A DNA stretch of 64,000 bases from contig CANGGL010000001.1 of NCBI GenBank assembly GCA_947453465.1, positions 16,337 to 80,336 on the forward strand. The letters run 5' to 3'. Positions within the stretch are counted from its first letter, which is position 1; every line of letters starts with the position of its first letter. Source of the DNA: Microbacteriaceae bacterium (GTDB lineage: Bacteria; Actinomycetota; Actinomycetes; Actinomycetales; Microbacteriaceae). Below are positions 60,926 through 64,000 of the stretch, in pieces. The notes beneath the pieces were generated by a model, which was given only the letters and a program-made list of their open reading frames with translations, did no database searches and was not told where the DNA came from. A program made the translations under genes and the position numbers.

Positions 60926-61105
60926 TTACCTCAAGTGGGACTTCTCCCATGCCTCGACCTCCTCAATAGGGAATCGAAGTGCCTGCCCTACAGGTAGGAC
61001 CTTGAGGCCTATTCGTTTGTAATTGCTGCGAATCCAGTCATCGCTCTTCTGCCAACGCTGGGCGAGCTGATCAACCGTCAAGCGCAACGGAATTTGTTCA
61101 TTCAT
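60926..61105 (-). CDS. Excisionase-like HTH protein
   Basis: LTVDQLAQRW...LRFPIEEVEAW; AGGAGG RBS. Confidence 0.85.
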   Translation of the reverse strand: MNEQIPLRLTVDQLAQRWQKSDDWIRSNYKRIGLKVLPVGQALRFPIEEVEAWEKSHLR

Positions 61106-61184
61106 GTAAACCTCCTTTTGGTATCCAGTAATTGATTTCAAGTACATGCTAACACATTAATACCCAATGGTGTAGTATAGGAAC

Positions 61185-61751
61185 ATGATATTCAATTTTG
61201 AGGTACAAGCAGGCAACTATCGATTTGATGCCGTAGGCCATGAAGATGGCATTGTGGCCAGTGTTGAGCTGAAAAAACACCTTGGCCAGATCAATGCTGA
61301 CTGGTGGATATCTGGACTAAATAAAGAAGGCGCGCTCGCCCTCCTTGCGCGTGTCGAAGTGGGCCACGGCGAAGCCTCGACAGAGAAAGAGGCGCTCGCG
61401 GTACTCCCTGATCGCTTCAAAGATCTAATCGAACCGATGATTGAAACCTACAAACAATTTGGCGGAATAACGCTGGCGCTGAATGGGCCTAGCGTTGCCA
61501 CCAAGCAAGCGCTGTGCGAGTTGCACCTGAACATGCACTCGCTAGAAGGAACTATCGGAGAACAACATGGCATCCGAATTAACGTGGCAAGGCAATACCA
61601 ACTAATCAAATCTTTCGGATTGAAGGCTGCTCGACCAATGATTGCCAAACGAGAAGGCCTTCCAGTTTCAACTATTTCTAGGCGTCTTTACCTAGCGCGT
61701 GAGGATGGCATCCTGCAAAAAATGTCTGATGCCGACGATATAAATAATTAG
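61185..61751 (+). CDS. Putative regulator with C-terminal HTH (DUF6214-like)
   Basis: IAKREGLPVSTISRRLYLAREDGIL; divergent from xis and upstream of int. Confidence 0.65.
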   Translation: MIFNFEVQAGNYRFDAVGHEDGIVASVELKKHLGQINADWWISGLNKEGALALLARVEVGHGEASTEKEALAVLPDRFKDLIEPMIETYKQFGGITLALNGPSVATKQALCELHLNMHSLEGTIGEQHGIRINVARQYQLIKSFGLKAARPMIAKREGLPVSTISRRLYLAREDGILQKMSDADDINN

Positions 61752-61771
61752 CAAACCAGCAAAGGACTAAC

Positions 61772-62992
61772 GTGCCGAGAAAAGTAAATAGGCTGCCTGG
61801 CATCAAGCTGTTGCCCTCTGGCAATTGGCAAGCGCGCGTATTCCACGTCACTGGCGAAGAGTCAAAGAATTTTCAACGCCAAGACGACGCTCGTGCCTGG
61901 CAGACTCGCCTAAGGCTCGATCTAGAAAGATGCCCTGCCGGCATAACTCGAAACAAGAGACTGTGGGCCGCTTCATTGCTTGCGCCAACCGGAGTAATCA
62001 CAAAGTCTTTTGATGATCTAGATGACGCGATTGAATGGTTCAAAGATGGCAGTGACCAAATTCGCAAGGGCACCTGGATTGATCCTGATCGAATTGGCGA
62101 AACCCTTGAGGATTATTCTTCGATGTGGATCAAAAATAAGGTGGAAATTTCTGGAAAGACAACGGCGACGTACGTCTCCCAATTGAGTGTCCACATTCTT
62201 CCTACACTTGGGGCATCATCCCTGACCAGTATTTCAAATGCTGAAGTCCGTGCATGGTTAGCGGACCTAATTGATACTGGAGTCGGGAGCACGACTTTGC
62301 GCCAATCCCTGCGATTGCTGCGTGCAATTCTTGAAGACGCTCTTGAGGAAGGCCTGTGCACTCACAACGCAACTAGAGGTGTGAGTATCGCCAAACAAGT
62401 TAAGAAAAAAGCAAAGGCGTTGACTCCCGAGCAGGTGAATGCTCTAGCTAAAGAGTGCGGGAAGTACGGGAACCTAATTGAGCTGCTGGCAGCTACTGGC
62501 CTCCGCATAAACGAGGCATTGGCACTGCAGGTTGGTGACGTTGACTTTGAGAGAGCAAAGTTGCATGTCTCGCGAACCTGGACCATGACAGCAAGCGGCA
62601 AGAAAATCCTCGGTGCCACCAAGAGCCGCGAGGATCGTTCAATCTCGCTATCGGAACAGATGCTTGTGCTGCTTAAACCTTTGACTGTCTCAAAAGCTAA
62701 ATCTGATTTTATTTTCACAGGCGCTGGCGGCGATGCGCTGGATTATGGATATTTCCGCAGAGCCTACTTCACTCGCGCGGTCAAGAGCCTTGAGCTTGAT
62801 GACGTGACCATCCACTGGCTCCGCCACACTTGCGCGTCGATGTTGATACGCATAGGTGCACCAATCACAACAATCAGTGAAATCCTTGGCCACAGCTCAA
62901 TCAAAATTACTCTTGAGACTTATAGCCACTGGTACGAAGGCGATAGTGCGGCTTGGCTCCAAAAACTAGGTACGGCCTTGACTAATGCCTAG
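61772..62992 (+). CDS. Tyrosine integrase
   Basis: TGLRINE, TK, HWLRH, LGH, ETY catalytic set. Confidence 0.95.
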   Translation: MPRKVNRLPGIKLLPSGNWQARVFHVTGEESKNFQRQDDARAWQTRLRLDLERCPAGITRNKRLWAASLLAPTGVITKSFDDLDDAIEWFKDGSDQIRKGTWIDPDRIGETLEDYSSMWIKNKVEISGKTTATYVSQLSVHILPTLGASSLTSISNAEVRAWLADLIDTGVGSTTLRQSLRLLRAILEDALEEGLCTHNATRGVSIAKQVKKKAKALTPEQVNALAKECGKYGNLIELLAATGLRINEALALQVGDVDFERAKLHVSRTWTMTASGKKILGATKSREDRSISLSEQMLVLLKPLTVSKAKSDFIFTGAGGDALDYGYFRRAYFTRAVKSLELDDVTIHWLRHTCASMLIRIGAPITTISEILGHSSIKITLETYSHWYEGDSAAWLQKLGTALTNA

Positions 62993-63012
62993 GAGAGGTT
63001 TAAAAACAGATC

Positions 63013-63807
63013 CTAACCTCTGGCTAAAAAATTGAGATGACGCTCTAGCTCCAAGTACCGAGCTTTGTAGTTGTAATGGCTAACATCAATCGGACGAAAC
63101 ATGACATTTGGTGAAGAGAAATCGATAACGGTACCGCCGACAGTCGGAAGGATATTTCGAAGTTCCTGATACCAATGCCTAGACGCAACCATCTTCGAGA
63201 CAGATTCTTCCTCACCAACTTTGGGTAATGAGTTTACGCAATAACGAAAAGCCCCCACAGCAAGGTCAGCGACTGTAGCCAGGTGGCTACCATTTGCGTC
63301 GAAAGCCAAAACGCTTGCGATTTGAGGGCCTAAGGTGATGTTCTTTCCTTCAACCATCAAGCCGTCTCGATGGATCTCCCGAATGTTCTTGAAGATCAAA
63401 TTATCCTGATCCAACATGGCCAATCCCCAAGATTGCTTCTTTTCCAAGAACGTCGAGTACCGATTTAGTATCGAGTTCATCCCCATCCTCTGGACCTCTT
63501 CGGCCGTCTTGGTCCGAGCAACATTGTGGAGCACTGCATACACAATCATTTTTGCGCCGAGCGCCGTCGCCAAACGCAGCACATCTGACCTGAGGTCGTG
63601 GAATTGTTGCCTTTCCCAACCTTCTGGCATAGTGCTCAGTGAGAATTTAAGGGGATGTCCTGACGGCAACTGATGTTCCACTCGAAGGCTAGCCACGCCC
63701 TGACTCAGGTCGCCAAGCTTTGAAGTCTCTAGTACAAGACCGCCGTATATGAAAAATTCACCATCGGTGGCAGTTCGATTGGACTCGTCCCCAAGTAATG
63801 TGTACAC
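63013..63807 (-). CDS. DUF3800-like protein (RNase H-like fold)
   Basis: N-terminal LGDES, LKF, central D, C-terminal SH..ADL. Confidence 0.7.
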   Translation of the reverse strand: MYTLLGDESNRTATDGEFFIYGGLVLETSKLGDLSQGVASLRVEHQLPSGHPLKFSLSTMPEGWERQQFHDLRSDVLRLATALGAKMIVYAVLHNVARTKTAEEVQRMGMNSILNRYSTFLEKKQSWGLAMLDQDNLIFKNIREIHRDGLMVEGKNITLGPQIASVLAFDANGSHLATVADLAVGAFRYCVNSLPKVGEEESVSKMVASRHWYQELRNILPTVGGTVIDFSSPNVMFRPIDVSHYNYKARYLELERHLNFLARG

Positions 63808-63893
63808 AACCAGCCCCGCGTTCAGATGTTTGTAACCAGTTTAGGTAGCTGTCAAAACTAAACGGAATCTAAACGGAATCCTGAGAATGAAAA

Positions 63894-63923
63894 AATGACG
63901 CGGTCGTGAGAACCGCGCCATTT
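63894..63923 (-). terminator. Element-supplied tRNA terminator
   Basis: AAATGACGCGGT-CGTGAGA-ACCGCGCCATTT with an A-run. Confidence 0.75.
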
Positions 63924-63926
63924 CAG

Positions 63927-63999
63927 TGCGCTTGGAGGGACTCGAACCCCCAACCTTCTGATCCGTAGTCAGATGCTCTATCCATTGAGCTACAAACGC
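63927..63999 (-). tRNA. tRNA-Arg(ACG)
   Basis: GCGTTTG/CAAGCGC acceptor stem, anticodon loop CTACGGA, GTTCGAG T-loop; CCA not encoded. Confidence 0.97.
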
Positions 64000-64000
64000 G

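Larger units (their letters stand above)
50925..63969. mobile_element. 13.0-kb integrative element at tRNA-Arg(ACG), satellite/IME-like
   Basis: 45-bp att repeats; tyrosine integrase, xis-like HTH, prim-pol, P-loop protein; lower GC than flanks. Confidence 0.93.

Noticed and set aside
57818-62992. Intact prophage or conjugative element
   Set aside because: No recognisable structural, lysis, terminase, relaxase or T4SS/TraB genes between the att sites.

Overview
Chromosomal window from a small-genome actinobacterium. Gene content, moderate GC and many TANNNT-N6-ATG leaderless starts suggest a freshwater Microbacteriaceae member such as Rhodoluna (inference). Positions 1-19 kb hold the end of a surface-glycan cluster, HipBA with three phased palindromic operators, a candidate two-hairpin sRNA, an AbiF/HEPN gene with an upstream structured RNA, an Mg2+ P-type ATPase and a 2015-aa Ig-repeat surface protein. 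Positions 19-51 kb are mostly metabolism and transport: two PIN toxin-antitoxin pairs, an NSAR/GNAT/amino-acid ABC operon, rlmN, a GH13_18 phosphorylase, BioQ-regulated bioYMN, an FeS-type photolyase with DUF2256, pdxH, and sugar and multidrug ABC systems. The last 13.0 kb is a complete integrative element at tRNA-Arg(ACG), bounded by 45-bp direct repeats. It carries a tyrosine integrase with an apparently duplicated arm-binding domain, a divergent regulator/xis switch, an inverted-iteron origin, prim-pol, a P-loop helicase-like protein, a hairpin-rich non-coding block and a DUF3800-like gene. Its cargo is a self-contained two-component/ABC regulon. It has no capsid, terminase or conjugation genes and is the best candidate here for an undescribed phage-satellite-like system.
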